The notes under the pieces are model-generated. The model was not told the DNA's origin. It was given only the letters and a program-made list of their open reading frames with translations, and ran no database searches. Shown piece after piece: positions 40,254 to 53,552 of a stretch of DNA of 64,000 bases. The first letter of the stretch is position 1; each line of letters opens with the position of its first letter. The position numbers were made by a program, and so were the translations under genes. Source of the stretch: Paraphysomonas bandaiensis. Lineage: Eukaryota; Protista; Chrysophyceae. Where the stretch lies: assembly GCA_965644295.1 (NCBI GenBank), contig CBFFRP010000276.1, forward strand, positions 62,001 through 126,000, given 5' to 3'.

Positions 40254-43200
40254 ATGAACGATAATAACGGTACGTACATACATACATACATACATACATA
40301 ATCATATATATACAGATACATTCAACCCTCCACCAGGATTATCAAATAATCTTCCAGCATTTTTTCAAACTCCTGGTATTACAGTATTAGATGAATTAGA
40401 AGGGATGGCTTTAGGTGGGAATATGGATGATGGTATTGCTGATGATGATGATAATAATATGGAAACATTTGGAGATTCAAATGAAATATATACGGGTACA
40501 GAAACTCTTCCAGATTTTTTTTCTAAAACAACAATATCATCATCTGAAGAAATTTATTCTATTACCGATATGCCTCCTCCTGGTATGCCTCCATTGGATC
40601 AACAACCGGTACTTCCCTCAGGTGCAAAGGTGTTGGATTCAAATATGAAGGAAGTAGCCGTTTCTTCGAACAATACTTCAGCTGATGAGGATAGTTCAAA
40701 GCAGCCTCCTGCTGCCCCTCGCATGCCAATCGAAGGGCCAAAGCTTCTTCCCTGTCCACCGGGATATGTCCCTCCTCCTCAATCACTCGCTAGCTTATCT
40801 ACTCCTGGCGCTGGAGCTACTTGGCACTATGGTTATCTTCCTAGAGCTATAAGAGGTCCAATGATGCAGCATCAGTATAGTGCTCCAAATAGGTCTCGGA
40901 ATATGCCTAGAAATGCACCTCAAGGGCAGCAGCGTGGTAATGGTAATCGACAACAATCGCAATATAGGGAACAGAATTCCCACGGAAGCAGTGGTAAGGA
41001 TGTCGTACCAGACATGAGTGTTCCAGCTACCGGTATTGCACCTGGCCTTAGTTTTCCTGTCGTAAATACCCCCCCTGGTTTACCCCAAGTTCAACCGCAT
41101 CATCATGCAAACAGGGCTCCGCCGAGTCATATGCCAGGTCGCGGAGGGAATAGATTTATCCCACCACAGCAGCAGTTTGGCCGAAATTTGCCAACAGGAG
41201 AAATGATGAAAGCCTCCGATGTCAAGTGAGGGCTGTTGTACTGTTGTGCTTATGTTGTGTTTCACATGCAATACTGTACATTGAAATATACCAATGTTGC
41301 ATACACTTCAGTTCTGTTGCGTTTACTTACTTATATAGGTTTGTGGTTTCAAAAGTACTCCAATTGACGGAGACACAGGATCCGTACAACGACGACTTTT
41401 ATTACATTCAGGTCCTGCTTTCATTGAAATATAATATCGTAGTCGTCTTCCCAGCGTATGATTACATTTTTGCGATATATCTATCTAAAAATGTGTATCA
41501 CTGATTTTTGTTTACATCTATTTAATTTTCTGGTTTAGACCACTATAAAGAAACATGAAAAGCGAGTTCGTGAGGCTCTTGACTGCAATATGCCACCCCC
41601 TCCTCCACTTCCGGTGATCCCATATAACGTCTGACATGAACACTCTGTAATACTCTGTATCTGCTACAGATACCACTCCCCACTTGGACAGAGACCAGAG
41701 AGCGTGTTAAGGCTGAGATTGATGCCACCAGGAATAGGATAGAGAACAATTCCAGACTTTGGGAGTCTCAAGAAAAGGTCATATCCAGAGCTCTATGTTG
41801 TAGATGCTCGTATGAGGGTCACCGATGCTGTCACACGAACATTTTGTCACTTTCTTGAATCTCTTTTTCTGTGTAAAATTTACTTACTGCTTTACTTGGG
41901 CGATTTGCTCAATATGTGATACACCTGGAAAATATGTCACTTCGCCTATGTTGTAGGTCCTCGGTCACACCGTTAGGTCAGATGTGTCGAAACCTAGGGC
42001 TGTGTTGGACCTTTCCACAGCCGAAGAACGGCTAGCACGATGTGTACCTCCAGGTTTGATTTATAAAATCTTTGGATGTACTTGTTTTTGCCGTGTTGGT
42101 CTTTGTATGCCAATCCTCCGAGTTTATATACATCGAATTTTTTTTATGGCTGCTCCCTTAACGAAGTCTTACAGATGCAGACCCTTCTGCCCCGTCACTT
42201 TTCGGGGATGTGGATCCTCTTGCCCCAAATGCACATGAACTGTACGATGCAGGTGAGTACTTCTTCTGTATTTGTTGTAATATACAAAAGATTTTTGTGA
42301 AATTGTTTGATTTAGTGGTATTGTCGTTGCTTATTACGCTTTTTGCACTCTATATAAGGCATCTTCTATGCTTATTTTTATATTACTGTTCAACAGGAGG
42401 TGGTTGTGAGGATGACGATGAGGATAGGGTGAACCCCTTTACGACTGTTCTATGGAATATGCGCATGGCAGCGAACAGAGGATTTACAGCACTGTATACA
42501 GCACAGGTGTTAATTTACCATATATACCACTCGCGTATCTGTTTAAATGGGCAATATATATTGCGTTCTAACATGAATGCAAATAATGTATTTATTGTCC
42601 TAATGAATCCGACACAGGAATTGCATCAACTTCTTATGACCCCTTTAGTTGCCTCCAATCCTATGGTTCGAAATGAGATATTGGCGAATGCCCAAAAGTC
42701 TCTTGCTTTACTTTCGAAATGCCTCGGAATTAAGGTCCATAAACCGAGCAGTGAGATTGATCCGAACTCTCTTCCTGTAATTATATTGGACGGTGCTCTA
42801 GTAGCGGCATTGCTGCAAACTGTAAAAGGCAAAAAACTCATTGCACGCGGATTGCCCATTATTCCCGCGGATGAAAGGTACTAATATATGTGCGCCAAAT
42901 GTATACTATGTTATCTTCACGTGCGTATATTACGGTGTTAAACATATACTATTGTAGGTGGACTTTATTGCCTGTGATAGTAGCCAGGATACTGCAGAAG
43001 GATCCCTCTGAGCAATCTCCAGAGGATGCCGCAGTTGAAACCACCTTGTTGTGTACACTTATTCGGGTACGTTCATGCTATGTTCGCGTGGTGGATGAAC
43101 TCTTCTCATCGTATCCTTTTGTAGTTCATTGAATTTGAACATCAGTCTATCACCGAACGGCAACAGCATTTTCAAGCTAATCATGCCCTAGATCACACAG

Positions 43201-43433
43201 AGTCTTTGGTGATGCTCTTGAGCCATCTTAGACAATGTATCAAATCTGTAATGGTATCACAAATGGAGAAAAGTCAGCTTCGAAAGGCCTTGAAATCAAG
43301 TCGTAAACGAGCAGAAGTCATGAATATCACCCTCAGACTTGGGAACAAAATAACTGAAGTCATTGACGACGAGTCGAAAAAGGTTGATTGGTGGCAGATG
43401 CGAGATGCCTTTATGCTAATGTTGGAAAACTAA
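40254..43433 (+). CDS. PAT1: mRNA decapping activator Pat1-like protein, multi-exon
   Basis: N-terminal DDDN.ETFG, Pro/Gln-rich region, MM...DV.FV...VL......DPYNDDFYY, LG.......KPR..L, and C-terminal LL...KGKKL..R.LP. Confidence 0.8.
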
Positions 43434-44088
43434 TGGCAAAGAGTTCGATGCTACTTTTCAGTAACACTTATTTGAATAGCGAACTAAGAGGTGCAGTCGT
43501 AAAAATATCTGTAGTGGGACGGGAAAAAATATGAGCCTGGTGTTGTACAAGATTGAAGGGGTAGTAATTGAGCATTGCAGCTTAACAGTGCAGTGTATGA
43601 TTATTAACTTTTTATTAATCTAATCATAATATGTACTGGAATGGAAATATTAACCAGCCACCTATTTTACTACTATAAAGTGTAGTATACTGGAAACGTA
43701 TTTTCCCGTGGATATTGTAGTGCTATATCGGCGAGCTTTACAGCTATACCGAGGTTGTCATAATACATCTCGCAAGGTTGAACTTTGGGATGATAAAATC
43801 GTAACATCATATAAATATATATCTTATATCGTTTCTGGAATTCGAATATCCACTAATAAAACAGTGTTCCAGAAGCCAAGGCTTTCTGATGATGTAACTG
43901 GTTAACTAGTCTTATAATTTAATTCTAGATCATATCGGTATAGTTTCTTTAACTCAAATACACACACAAAACAACGACGAAATACTACTGTATGTTTTGG
44001 GGATATATATTTTGATTAAACATATGTTGATAGTGACCTATTCTATTCGCCTATCATACTCTAAATAGTTTTCTTCTGCGTTGTATTT

Positions 44089-45776
44089 CTACCTACGTAA
44101 CTTATTTTTGCGTTGGCATATCACTGCATTACATAATGAGATATCATACCTACACCGTGTCTGTTGCTGTAACAACGGTCGCAGCATTGACAGTTGTAAC
44201 ATACCCTTCGTGTGTCTCAAGTTCGCCTTCTGTTGCAGGTCTTCGGGGCCGCGATATGATACGTCTTCGTGAACAGCACTGAACCGGAGTACGAGTACCA
44301 TTGAAATGTTTCGCCACAGCAACCCAATCCACATTACCGTCATTCCGCACACATTCCTCAGACACTTTCAGCAACAGTTCATCCTAACGCAGACGTAAGA
44401 GTTAAGAAAAATAACATACAAAATAAATACAACACGTTCTATACGTCAATATTGCCGCACCTCATGTGGCTCAAACGGAGTAGTCAAGTGCCCAGAGTCC
44501 ATATAGCGCAGTGTTTTGGACCACCTTAATCTGTGCAAATATCATCGAAATGCTACATTTTTGCATGCAAAATATAATGTAGTACGATCCCGCACAACAT
44601 TGCATTGTATAATTCAGATTGCGTACCTGCATTGCTCTGGAGATCTAGTCTTTCCCATTAGTTCAGACACCTTAATCCAATCCAGTCCACCTCTCGGTCC
44701 TTTTCCATCGCATTCTGCAACTGCAGATCGCAACACTTCATCCTATATATCAACAAACACTAAATGCTTGTGCAGATACATGTCGCATATATACCTCTTC
44801 GGCAGTGAATTTCGATGTTTTCACAGGTTCAGTGCAATGTTTAAGGAAGCAATTCCAGCGTTCCAAGCACTGGCGTCGATTAAGCTCACCTCCCATAGCC
44901 TCTAAAACCTAATAGGTAAAAATGAAATGCAGACATCGACGACACCAGAATATTAACCAAAACTACACACAGGACACCAACAAAAGAAAACTATTTAAAA
45001 GGTGCCACAAATTAAAGAAGTGTTTTGCTCAAACGAATAAAAACTATAGAAAGCAACGAACCTTCTTCCATTTGACCTTGTCGTCGATAGTGTTTGCTTC
45101 AACAGCCGCCCTGAGACGATTGTCCTGTTGATACAAAAGTGTGAGACAGGTGAAAACAGAATATCTGTGGTAATTCTACTCTGTTGCCACTATTATAGTG
45201 GCAACTCCTGCAGAAACGAAATATTTCGCCAATCACAACATAACGTTACTACGTGCACAAGATATATATGCTATACGCAGCAAAATAGTGAACATGTCTT
45301 ACCATATCTTGTGTCCACAGCTTTCGCTTTTTTGGGTTCCTCTTTTCTGCACTACCAGGCCCAGCTAGCAACTAAATACACAGAAACATATTACCAAATA
45401 GATATCTCACATAGAGGTCACGTGGTAATAATATGATTGAAATAACAATATAAGAACATATAATGACCTGATGAGAACTAGATTCTGTTGCTAATATACT
45501 CCCTTCTTTTAATGTAGTTGTTATATCAGATTCTGAATTGTTATTCGTATCTATTACAGGAATTGATTGAATTGCTTTCGAACATTCCAATGCAGCTAAT
45601 AAATGTTTATGTTGTTCTTTTATTGTTGTTAATTCATGTAAATATTTTGCTGCAATAGTTTCAGTATGAATTAATTTTTGTTTCACTTTATTTAATTCAT
45701 TTTCAATATCTTCCATTCTTTGTTTATTATGATCATGTATATCCATATTGATATGATCATTCATTGAATTCTCCAT
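44089..45776 (-). CDS. Myb-repeat transcription factor with N-terminal coiled coil, multi-exon
   Basis: Myb repeats RQCLERW, FTAEE|DEVL...DWIKVSELMGKTRSPEQCR|LRW and FEPHE|DELL...DWVAVAKHFNGTRTPVQC. Confidence 0.8.
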
Positions 45777-46067
45777 ATATTATATGAAATAAGAATCCTT
45801 TCCTGATTGAATAAGAAGATAGATATTGATAAGAGAGTATTTTGAAATGAGCGGATGTCTCTTATCCGGGTAATATGAAATGAACCGATATATATATATA
45901 TATACTGTATATGTGTATGGAAGAGTCTGTACGATACACTGATTATAGTAGTATATATACATGTACAGAACTAATCAAAATTTCCGGTTGTTTTTAAATC
46001 GATCCGGTAGTACGTACACACAGAAGATCATGTAACCAGTAGGAATTCCTACTACGAACGTATACTG

Positions 46068-46336
46068 TACATACATACATACATACATACATACATACAT
46101 ACATACATACATACATACATACATACATACATACATACATACATACATACATACATACATACATACATACATACATACATACATACATACGTACATACAT
46201 ACATACATACATACATACATACGTACATACATACATACATACATACGTACATACATACATACATACATACATACATACATACATACATACATACATACAT
46301 ACGTACATACATACATACATACATACGTACATATAC
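46068..46336. repeat. (CATA)n microsatellite with occasional CGTA, ~270 bp
   Basis: Read directly. Confidence 0.97.
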
Positions 46337-46437
46337 AAAGATATGGTGAATCATTCGAAGATATGAATCATGGAGTGGGTAGCTCAGTTGAACATTTCCT
46401 AATTCACACTATAAACAATAATTCTTTTTATAACCAT

Positions 46438-47762
46438 ATGTTACTTTCTAATCTTCGTGTAGGTATAATTGGTGGCTCAATATCTGGTCAATTAAATGCA
46501 TACTATCTTATACAGTTAGGTGCCAATGTGACTATCTATGAACGATCCAATACAGATAGTTTTATAGACCGGGGTGTTGGTATAGGTGTACCTACACATA
46601 TTATTAATAAGCTTACATCTGAGGGTATATTAAGTAGTGATATGAAATATCTTCATTGTTCATTTTTTAATCGTATTGTACCAAACAAGATCACACATAC
46701 AGAGTATGGTAATATACTATGGAAACAACCTATACAAGTTGAGTTACTGAGTTGGTCAGAATTATTTCATCAATTATCTTATCATATTCCAAAAAATATT
46801 ATTCAGTTTGATAAAAAAGTGGTATCTGTTGAAATGAATGCAGATCACAAACCAACAATTGAGTTTGCAGATGGAAGCAGACAAGAGTTTGATCTCGTCA
46901 TTGGATCAGATGGTTATCAATCCACAGTACGAAAGTATATTTCTCCTGAATCTAATCTTCAATATGCTGGATATGTTCTTTGGAGAGGATTCTTAACCGA
47001 ATCAGAACTACAGAATTTTACTGCGGATCCTTCAGTTTTCGATGAATTTGCATTCGTGTTTCTTCCTGAGGTTGGAGGCCACCTAGTAATGTACTATGTA
47101 ATCAAGGCAGACGGTCAAAAAGTTCTAACATGGGGCCTATATATTGTCCTCGATCGTGATGAATTCGATGTTGCTATGACAGACAAAAATGGCTGTAAAC
47201 ATTCATATACTGTACCAGCTGGGTGTGTAAATGTCGCAATAGAGGAGAAATGGAAACATATGGCAATGAAAGAGTTACCAGATGTGTTTGGTGCAGTTAT
47301 TGCTGCCACTTCTAACACATTCATTCAAGGCATATTTGACATGGATCTGCCTTCTTTGACAAGGGGGAAGGTTGTTCTTACAGGTGGGTGTTGTTGCTGT
47401 TGAATCATTCACTATTACTTGCTCTTCACTCGTGCAGCTAATATACTACTGCATGGAGTATAGGTGATGCCGGTTTCGTGGCTCGACCTCATACAGTAGC
47501 TGGGTTTGCTAAAGCTTATGAGAATGCCACAGCATTGCTGGCCGCCCTGACTGAGAGCACATCTATTGAAGAAGCACTTCAGAAATACGACTCTTCACAG
47601 ATCGCTACAATGCACCAGGCGATTGTGCTCGGCCGCAACCTAGGAGATGGAACTGTGCTCAATATACCTTGCGAGATAAAGGAGTGGAACGATGAACAGT
47701 GTAAGGAGTGGCTGGGATCGCTCATTAATGTGAGCGGAAAGCTAAATATATACTCAAAATAA
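46438..47762 (+). CDS. FAD-dependent monooxygenase (2,6-dihydroxypyridine hydroxylase-like), 2 exons
   Basis: IIGGSISG, DLVIGSDG..S.VR, YAGYVLWRG and G|DAGFVARPHT.AG..KA motifs. Single intron at about 47384-47463. Confidence 0.85.
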
Positions 47763-48210
47763 ATTGTCGATTAGTCTTCTATGAAAGCAGTAATATATTC
47801 TTTAGGACGAGATATATGTTATGCTGTTGAGTAGTGAAGATTTGTGAGTAACTGAAGCTTTTAATACTGTATGAATTCAACGTTCATATTATGGTAACTA
47901 CATCGTCATGCTTGTCCTGTGTACGTATTGAGTATGGTAGGAGGTAAAAGAATAGATCTGAGAATTGCGGTTGAGACACATTACTCCACTTAGTCAAACT
48001 GGTTCCATACCGAAGAGGAACAAGCGTAAATATCTATGTTCTACTATAATGTAAACTGATACCATACACTACTCAGCAGCATAAAATACATGCAGTGAAT
48101 CTCGTCAGCATATGAAGTTACTAATTTTCTTTTTAAAGTCGTGTACTTCAATCTCGTAGAAATTTATGCAAATGGAATGGTCTTAATAGCGTTAACATTT
48201 AGTTATATTT

Positions 48211-48390
48211 AACCACGGGCAATAAAGAGGCTATATCATCCCGCGCTTAAAATTTTGAAACGAGGGCGTTTTAAATTTAGACAAGGGACGATACTCTTTA
48301 TCCCTAGGTTAAATTGTAGCTTATCACCATGACGTTGAAAAGTTAATATTAGATTGTATAGCGATTTGTAGCATGCTTGCTGTATTAAGA
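48211..48390 (+). repeat. ~100-bp imperfect palindrome plus ~80-bp tail shared with 18425-18505
   Basis: Left arm aacc..ggg..ataaagag...atc.tccc...ct.aaattt..aaacg; right arm cgttttaaatttag...gggacgat.ctctttatccc..ggtt. Confidence 0.65.
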
Positions 48391-49012
48391 AATAGATATT
48401 CCCTGATTAAAATTAAGAAAACAAATGAGAACTCATATACTTTCAAATTAATGATATGTATACTGTTTGCTTAGGGAGTAGCAATAGTACTAGATCAATA
48501 AACTCCAGGTTTCTATAAGAACTGCTACAACAAATGTACACAGAAGGATACTGAGGGAATAGCAACTGCGAGGTGTTGATATTCGTACATAAGTGTGATG
48601 ATGAATGTGAACAGTAGTAGGCGCAAGAGAAACTTCTTATTGCCTTAATTATTAATTAGCATCATCATCACATTTATATACAATCCGCTTTACCGCTGCT
48701 AGTGCACCTGATCGAATGATGTGTGTATGAGTATGATATGAGGAACACAATATGGCCCAAACCTAAAAGAACTGGGTGTCACTGCTCCTAACCACCTATA
48801 TAGCATCAGATATGGCACTTTATCTCTCCTGAAATATTCTTGAAGTTGTTTGAAGTCCTGACCTCATTACGATCTTATACATCAGTCGAAGGATGGAATA
48901 TAACTTGGAGTGTTTGATAAAATGCTCTGATAGTTGACTCATGATTATAGTTTATCTATAATTGTGTACTACAATGAAAGCACATACATATTATGACTGT
49001 CAATATTATAAT

Positions 49013-49040
49013 GGGAAATATTATTCAACCTAGTCAAATT
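49013..49040 (+). mobile_element. Solo TIR of the 38168-38447 element
   Basis: GGGAAATATTATTCAACCTAGTCAAATT is identical to the reverse complement of 38420-38447. Confidence 0.8.
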
Positions 49041-49139
49041 AGTTGAATGCCTATATTTGCCCGGTGATGATATGAGCGCTCTGCCGAGCCCAAATCAGGC
49101 CAAAAAAGAGCTTTTTTAGTTAAAATGGGGATATATTTA

Positions 49140-49892
49140 CCTGACGGCACACAGTCTACGGAACCTAGAAACAGCGGTTATTAATCTCCTGCAACCGCTT
49201 TACACTGCAGCGAAGCTTATGCTACAGGATCGCGGTTGTCGCTATATCACCATGTCCAAAAGGCCGCCCAGACTACTCCCGAGACCCCGTCCGAAACGCA
49301 GTCAGTCAAGACAACGTCCGAGAGTCCTTCGACTACTAGGGGTCCAACGAAGACCCCCCACAGCGTCCCCGACTCCAGACACACGTGCACACCTCACAGG
49401 TCCTACCCGACAGAGCACTGGACTGCCCAGACCTCCACAACGCCGACGGCTTCGACAACTCTATCTACACCCGCGGCCCCACAGGAGCACAGTAACACAG
49501 ACTACAAACCCAACTCCTCCTCCCAACAATCCCCACCACTCTCAACCCACACATCTGGAACTAGGTGCACTCAGGACCCTAATCCAGAACGCTGAGCCCC
49601 CTCCAACACCAATGGAGACCCATCCCAAAGGGAGACCCCCAGATCAATAGCGCCGGTGAGTCCACGGACACACGATAAAGGCGAATTTCATATCACACAA
49701 AAGAACGGAAGTGGTTGCACCTTGGTGCTTGCGGCGACGCACAAGCAGCTTTCGTAGCGTTAAATAGTAGGATAAAAGAGTTTGTATTGATTAGTTACGG
49801 GTAGTGGTCTAACTAGTATGACTAGCATTCTTCTAGCCACTAATTGATGCAAGGTCTCAACGCCTATTGCTAAATAATCAGACATTCACTAC
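49140..49892 (+). mobile_element. 5'-truncated non-LTR retrotransposon, copy A (ORF tail ending PKGRPPDQ* plus structured 3' UTR)
   Basis: 14-bp TSD TGGGGATATATTTA at 49126-49139 and 49893-49906. The 3' ~180 bp is homologous to 54310-54487. Confidence 0.85.
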
Positions 49893-50349
49893 TGGGGATA
49901 TATTTATATACTTCTTCCCCACGTTTCAGGAATACAATACTCGTACAAAGTAAGTAATGGAATATCTGTCAATGTAGTTACGACATATACCATTACCACA
50001 CCCATGCACATTACAACTGATCTTGTTTATTGTGTATGCGTCTATGCGTACCTAATTATACAAGTGTTCCAAGTAATACTAAACTAGACTCTCATGCGTT
50101 CTATTCTCTCATACACTGAGGACTCTTCCAACACGGGTACAGATGTGCGCACAAGTTGTCCATATTTGCACAGGAGATCAAAAAGTGCGAAACAATGCGA
50201 CAATTCGAAAACACAAAAAATATAGGGCAGTACGAAAGGGGAAATTATTATTATATTCGGAGGAATCACGGCGCACTAATAAACGTAAATAATACGAATT
50301 CCAAAGTCAAAATCAAATTGTTTGGTACCACGGGAAAGTGGTCTCTTTC

Positions 50350-50919
50350 CTAATGGTTTCTCACCCCACTCGATCTTCGTCGCGAAGTCGAAGTATCATC
50401 CGGAAACCTTCCAACACCACTTGTAGATGTTCTCATCTCAGATATATTGCGTGGATCACGGTTATGGCCTTTACTAGATACAGTTGATTTCGTAAACTTT
50501 TTATTCGCGGCAGCGTTCTTTAGGGACAGGAAAAGTATCAGCACACTAGCGATTGCAAGGACTAGAGGAAAAGTAAACGCTTCACCAAGCATTACGTGAG
50601 TTATACAAGCTCCAGTCAATACTACAATGCTAATAATTGAGGCAAATACAGGCATATACCCAGTTCCCCATAGCAACAATGCAGCAGCTAATTCAACATT
50701 TCCAATAAAGAATTTAAAAGCCATTGGAGAAGCTTTATGTCCTATATGATCAAATAATATTTTTTGCCATAATGGAACATAAAGTGAACGAAATGAATTT
50801 TCCATAAATATATAAGTATCAGGATGAATATATGGAGATACTTTACATACACCAGATAAAAGAAATATTGATGATATAATAAATTTTAATAATATTCTTA
50901 TAGAATCTTTATTATTCAT
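50350..50919 (-). CDS. DoxX/TMEM35-like membrane protein
   Basis: FL.SG..K.SP.I...TY..M...F, IG.VEL..A.LL and GA..TH..LGE motifs. Four TM segments and a basic tail. Confidence 0.75.
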   Translation of the reverse strand: MNNKDSIRILLKFIISSIFLLSGVCKVSPYIHPDTYIFMENSFRSLYVPLWQKILFDHIGHKASPMAFKFFIGNVELAAALLLWGTGYMPVFASIISIVVLTGACITHVMLGEAFTFPLVLAIASVLILFLSLKNAAANKKFTKSTVSSKGHNRDPRNISEMRTSTSGVGRFPDDTSTSRRRSSGVRNH

Positions 50920-51294
50920 TTGTAATGAATTTGATAGATGTATGTATGTGTGTGTGTTAATAATAATTGTGGGAACTTGTGATTATATATATGCATATAT
51001 ATATATAGGCACGTAGAGATATCCAACTAGAGGATGTCTACGTGTCAATATACTACCAGGACATTTCTCTGCTCTGTGTATGTATCTATCCATACATATT
51101 CAGTCAACAGGCCATTTTTCTAGATGTCAAACACTTCCACTTTCTTCATACTGCTGTACGTACTGGTACAGTATAGCAGAGTTTGCACAAGAAAGTCCTT
51201 TTTTTTACGTCAAAACTCCGGTTTTCCAAGTCATCATGATATATATTGCTGCATGCTGTATAGTGGGAACTACATAGAGAGGATACATACACTC

Positions 51295-51432
51295 TAGCAT
51301 CTTATTTTTCGGAAATAAATTGAAGTAAGTATCCTCTATATTACTGATATACAAGTACGGCTGGAATACAGATAATTGTTATCTCAATATTGGAGGCATC
51401 TTTGAACAAAAATATACAAAGGATGCCAATAC
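51295..51432 (+). repeat. Promoter-region element, copy 4
   Basis: Matches 2424-2547. Begins TAGCATCTT and ends AAGGATGCCAATAC. Confidence 0.9.
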
Positions 51433-51635
51433 GTATATATCCATGAATAGACAGACACTCATTGCCTCATAGTATCGTTATTCATTATTTGAGTAGTATC
51501 GTTATGACTCTTTACGAACCAGCTATGAGTGATAGTTGTCATCATGCTATGGTAGTAAGCACACTATCATGTAGATAATCATACACAGATCCTACAGTGC
51601 TTGCATATCTATTACCCGTGGATACCTTTATCTAA

Positions 51636-52622
51636 ATGACTGGATCTATACTCCGATATATTGTTCTAGCTACTGTGCCTTTCTTGTGGGGAACATACGC
51701 ACCACTGTTGAAATTCATCTACACAACAGAAGAGAATCCTCCTCCTCCAATGTACTTCAATTTGATGTCTTATCTTGCGAGTTTCTGCACGATGCAGTTA
51801 ATAGAATGGAGTGATTTTACGGTTGCACCTACTCTACCTATAAATTTGTTAGAAAAATCCGCGTCGATTCATCTTTGGCGCGGAGGGTTCGAATTAGGAG
51901 TGTGGTTGCTGGCAGGCTCGATGCTTTACATATATGGTATTCAGTATACAACTGCAACTAATGCTGCTATTTTGGTTCAATTAAGTACTGTTATAGTTCC
52001 TGTGATGGAATCTGTGCTGAAAGCGTGTTTACCGACCTGGCGTACCTGTGTGGGTTGTGCTCTGGCGATGGTAGGAGTGGCTATGGTTATTTCCCATACC
52101 GAATCGGACACACCACACATCGTTGCTGACACCGCTATTGGCGATGTTTTAGTCATCGCAGCGTCGATGTTTTATTCTTTGCATATTGTTAGACTGGGAA
52201 GTATTGCCAAGTATTTTCCGCCTATACGATTAGCGAAAGTCAAGAGCTTGACACAACTGTCTGTAGCAGGTTTGGTGTTATTAGTTCTCCTAAATATATC
52301 GACAGAAACACAAAAAGAACTCACACTATACTTTTCTGAAACAGGTCGGTCCGGATATTTTCCTAATATGTTCATACTTTTCTGTGCGTTTTGGAATGGT
52401 GCAGTGTGTATAGGCTACACAATGTGGGCACAGACATTTGCACAACGTACGGTCTCTCCTACTCATGCCAGTATTGTATACTCTACTCAACCTGTTTGGG
52501 CTGTTATATTTTCATCTATACTTATTCATGAAAGCTTATCGTTTTTGAATTGGACTGGAATATTCATACAGCTTCTTGCATGCGCTATCGTTGCAATTGA
52601 TATCTCACCAACTATATCGTAG
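51636..52622 (+). CDS. EamA/DMT family transporter, intronless
   Basis: LWGTY.P..K, G.QYTTA..AA.L.QL..V.VP, GD.L...A..FYS.H and Q..AQ..VSP..A...Y...PVWA motifs. About 10 TM segments. Confidence 0.9.
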   Translation: MTGSILRYIVLATVPFLWGTYAPLLKFIYTTEENPPPPMYFNLMSYLASFCTMQLIEWSDFTVAPTLPINLLEKSASIHLWRGGFELGVWLLAGSMLYIYGIQYTTATNAAILVQLSTVIVPVMESVLKACLPTWRTCVGCALAMVGVAMVISHTESDTPHIVADTAIGDVLVIAASMFYSLHIVRLGSIAKYFPPIRLAKVKSLTQLSVAGLVLLVLLNISTETQKELTLYFSETGRSGYFPNMFILFCAFWNGAVCIGYTMWAQTFAQRTVSPTHASIVYSTQPVWAVIFSSILIHESLSFLNWTGIFIQLLACAIVAIDISPTIS

Positions 52623-53552
52623 TCGATAGTAAATATGTTAGAAATATATTGTTCATTAAGATAATGGTTACTCCTTTGTGTGTTTCAGTAGTCATGACCC
52701 GTACTATAGATTGATTAAAGCAGTAATAAGAACAATGTGTTCTGCTTATAATGGGGTTCAGGCATTTTTAATGACACATCGCTTTGCAATTCTAGTATTG
52801 AATCTATAGTTCCTACTTTGCTTCTGGCTGTGACATTGGCAAACGATGCTTTATGAATAATGAACATAAAAATAATAATTATTCTTTAACGACTCCATGA
52901 AAAAACGAAATTACCAAATCTTAAATACATTTTCAATGAGGTATTTTTGATATACGAATGGATACTCTCAGTCGCATCAGTTAGGCTAATAATCACCAAA
53001 CACTAACAACGTTGCAGAAAACATTGATACATGTGCAGAAATCAGAAATGTTGCTGGCTAGCACAGCAATGGGTTGAAAACATAAACACAAGTGTACAAG
53101 TCGTACTCCTTATCTTCAATACTACTTGTGTACCATTATTCACAGAAATTAGGAATGTTATTTCCTACGTGAGTGCATGTAGGCATAAGACTTATTTAAC
53201 GTATTATTTGATACGCTAATAGAAACTAAAGGGTGGTTGCTTGCTTATTTCAATAAATTCTGATGCGGTTAGTATAGATGATAAGAACAATATCATTGTG
53301 ATAAGAGAACCTACACCATTATCTCGAGTTTCTATTATTACTAATTTCATCCGCTCTACTAGCCAATCACTGTAGCACACACACTTGAATGGACTATTGT
53401 ACATGTGCAGGTTTTGGCATGTGAGTCCTTTTTCAAACTTTTTTATCCTTATTTTTATGTACGGAGGTTGTTTATGTAGTAGAATAGGGACTCGCTCTCT
53501 ACAGTAGAAGGCGTGAAAGCCACAAAAATCAAAAACAGTCGTCTTTGCCCCA

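Noticed and set aside
49060-49110. GC-rich patch with a TGATGA box (snoRNA, tRNA or hammerhead candidate)
   Set aside because: No D box with terminal stem, no cloverleaf and no hammerhead core could be built.
49219-49650. Pro/Thr/Arg-rich ORFs as a host gene
   Set aside because: They lie inside the TSD-bounded retroelement fragment.
49726-49747. Alternative fold UGCUU-GCG-GCGA-CGC-AC-AAGCA resembling group II intron domain V
   Set aside because: It pairs only in copies A and B, fails in C and D, and lacks a properly placed catalytic triad. The three-way junction fits all four copies.
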